This document shows positions 54,086 to 54,366 of a stretch of DNA of 54,366 bases, in pieces. The position numbers and the translations under genes are program-made. The DNA comes from a virus. Lineage: Duplodnaviria; Caudoviricetes. The notes under the pieces are model-generated. The model was not told the origin of the DNA. It saw nothing but the letters and a program-made list of their open reading frames with translations, and did not search any database. Location: IMG/VR virus record IMGVR_UViG_3300009509_000539, positions 1 through 54,366 of that record; one strand, given 5' to 3'. The first letter of the stretch is position 1; the number at the start of each line of letters is the position of its first letter.

Positions 54086-54366
54086 ATGGACGGTGAGATT
54101 CAGTATGTTGCTGATACATTCCTGCTCGAAAGGACTTTTCAGATCCTCGCTGAACTAGAAGAAGGCGATGGTCCTCTGAAGAAGTATGCTTTCGATCTCG
54201 GTTCCGTTCTGAGTAGTATCGGGGATTCAATCAAGACTTTTGTAGGTGGCCAGATTCATGGAAAGGACTCAGGAGGAGTAGCTCGTACAGTTACCAATTT
54301 CTTGGCTCCGGCTATATTTTTCCGCTTACATCCTCTTTTGGGCATCCTAGTAACAGCTGGTCAGCT
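54086..54366 (+). CDS. 5' part of a hypothetical protein (runs off the window)
   Basis: GGAG RBS; MDGEIQYVADTFLLERTFQILAELEEGDGPLKKYAFDLG..., open to the end. Confidence 0.7.
   Translation, partial: MDGEIQYVADTFLLERTFQILAELEEGDGPLKKYAFDLGSVLSSIGDSIKTFVGGQIHGKDSGGVARTVTNFLAPAIFFRLHPLLGILVTAGQ

Noticed and set aside
1867-54230. Numerous minus-strand and alternate-frame ORFs in the track
   Set aside because: They overlap well-supported + strand genes, lack RBS or motifs, and mostly mirror low-complexity sequence (for example poly-Ser opposite poly-Glu at 46329-46877).

Overview
A 54.4-kb segment of a large (jumbo-type) tailed bacteriophage genome. It is densely coded, with all credible genes on the + strand and standard genetic code. 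Left part (1-19.2 kb): nucleotide metabolism, replication, recombination and chaperone genes. These include a dNMP kinase, a PD-(D/E)XK exonuclease, trigger factor, DNA polymerase III alpha (DnaE), UvsY-like, RecA-like and SSB-like proteins, endonuclease VII, DnaJ, a primase core and a sigma-region-4-like HTH protein. The dnaE gene is fractured into two ORFs carrying halves of a split intein, with a free-standing Vsr-like endonuclease gene between them. Right part (19.2-54.4 kb): a head morphogenesis and packaging region. It contains a terminase large subunit with a class 3 LAGLIDADG intein, a portal, a prohead protease/scaffold, two paralogous decoration-like proteins split by an HNH gene, many unknown proteins, a CCA-adding-type nucleotidyltransferase and a CX5R phosphatase. 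Most notable observations: (1) a recurring [K/R]-x-A motif, often preceded by a shared helix-Gly-helix module, in nearly all proteins of the head region, suggesting an undescribed capsid-targeting and maturation-cleavage code; (2) a textbook -1 frameshift cassette (A8 run, 6-nt spacer, perfect 12-bp stem) joining two ORFs upstream of terL; (3) a candidate late promoter, xATA-N5-GCAT, including a copy that would drive a nested scaffold gene inside the protease; (4) the fractured dnaE with an atypical Ser1 N-intein and an extended C-intein. All calls come from reading motifs by eye; no database searches were run.
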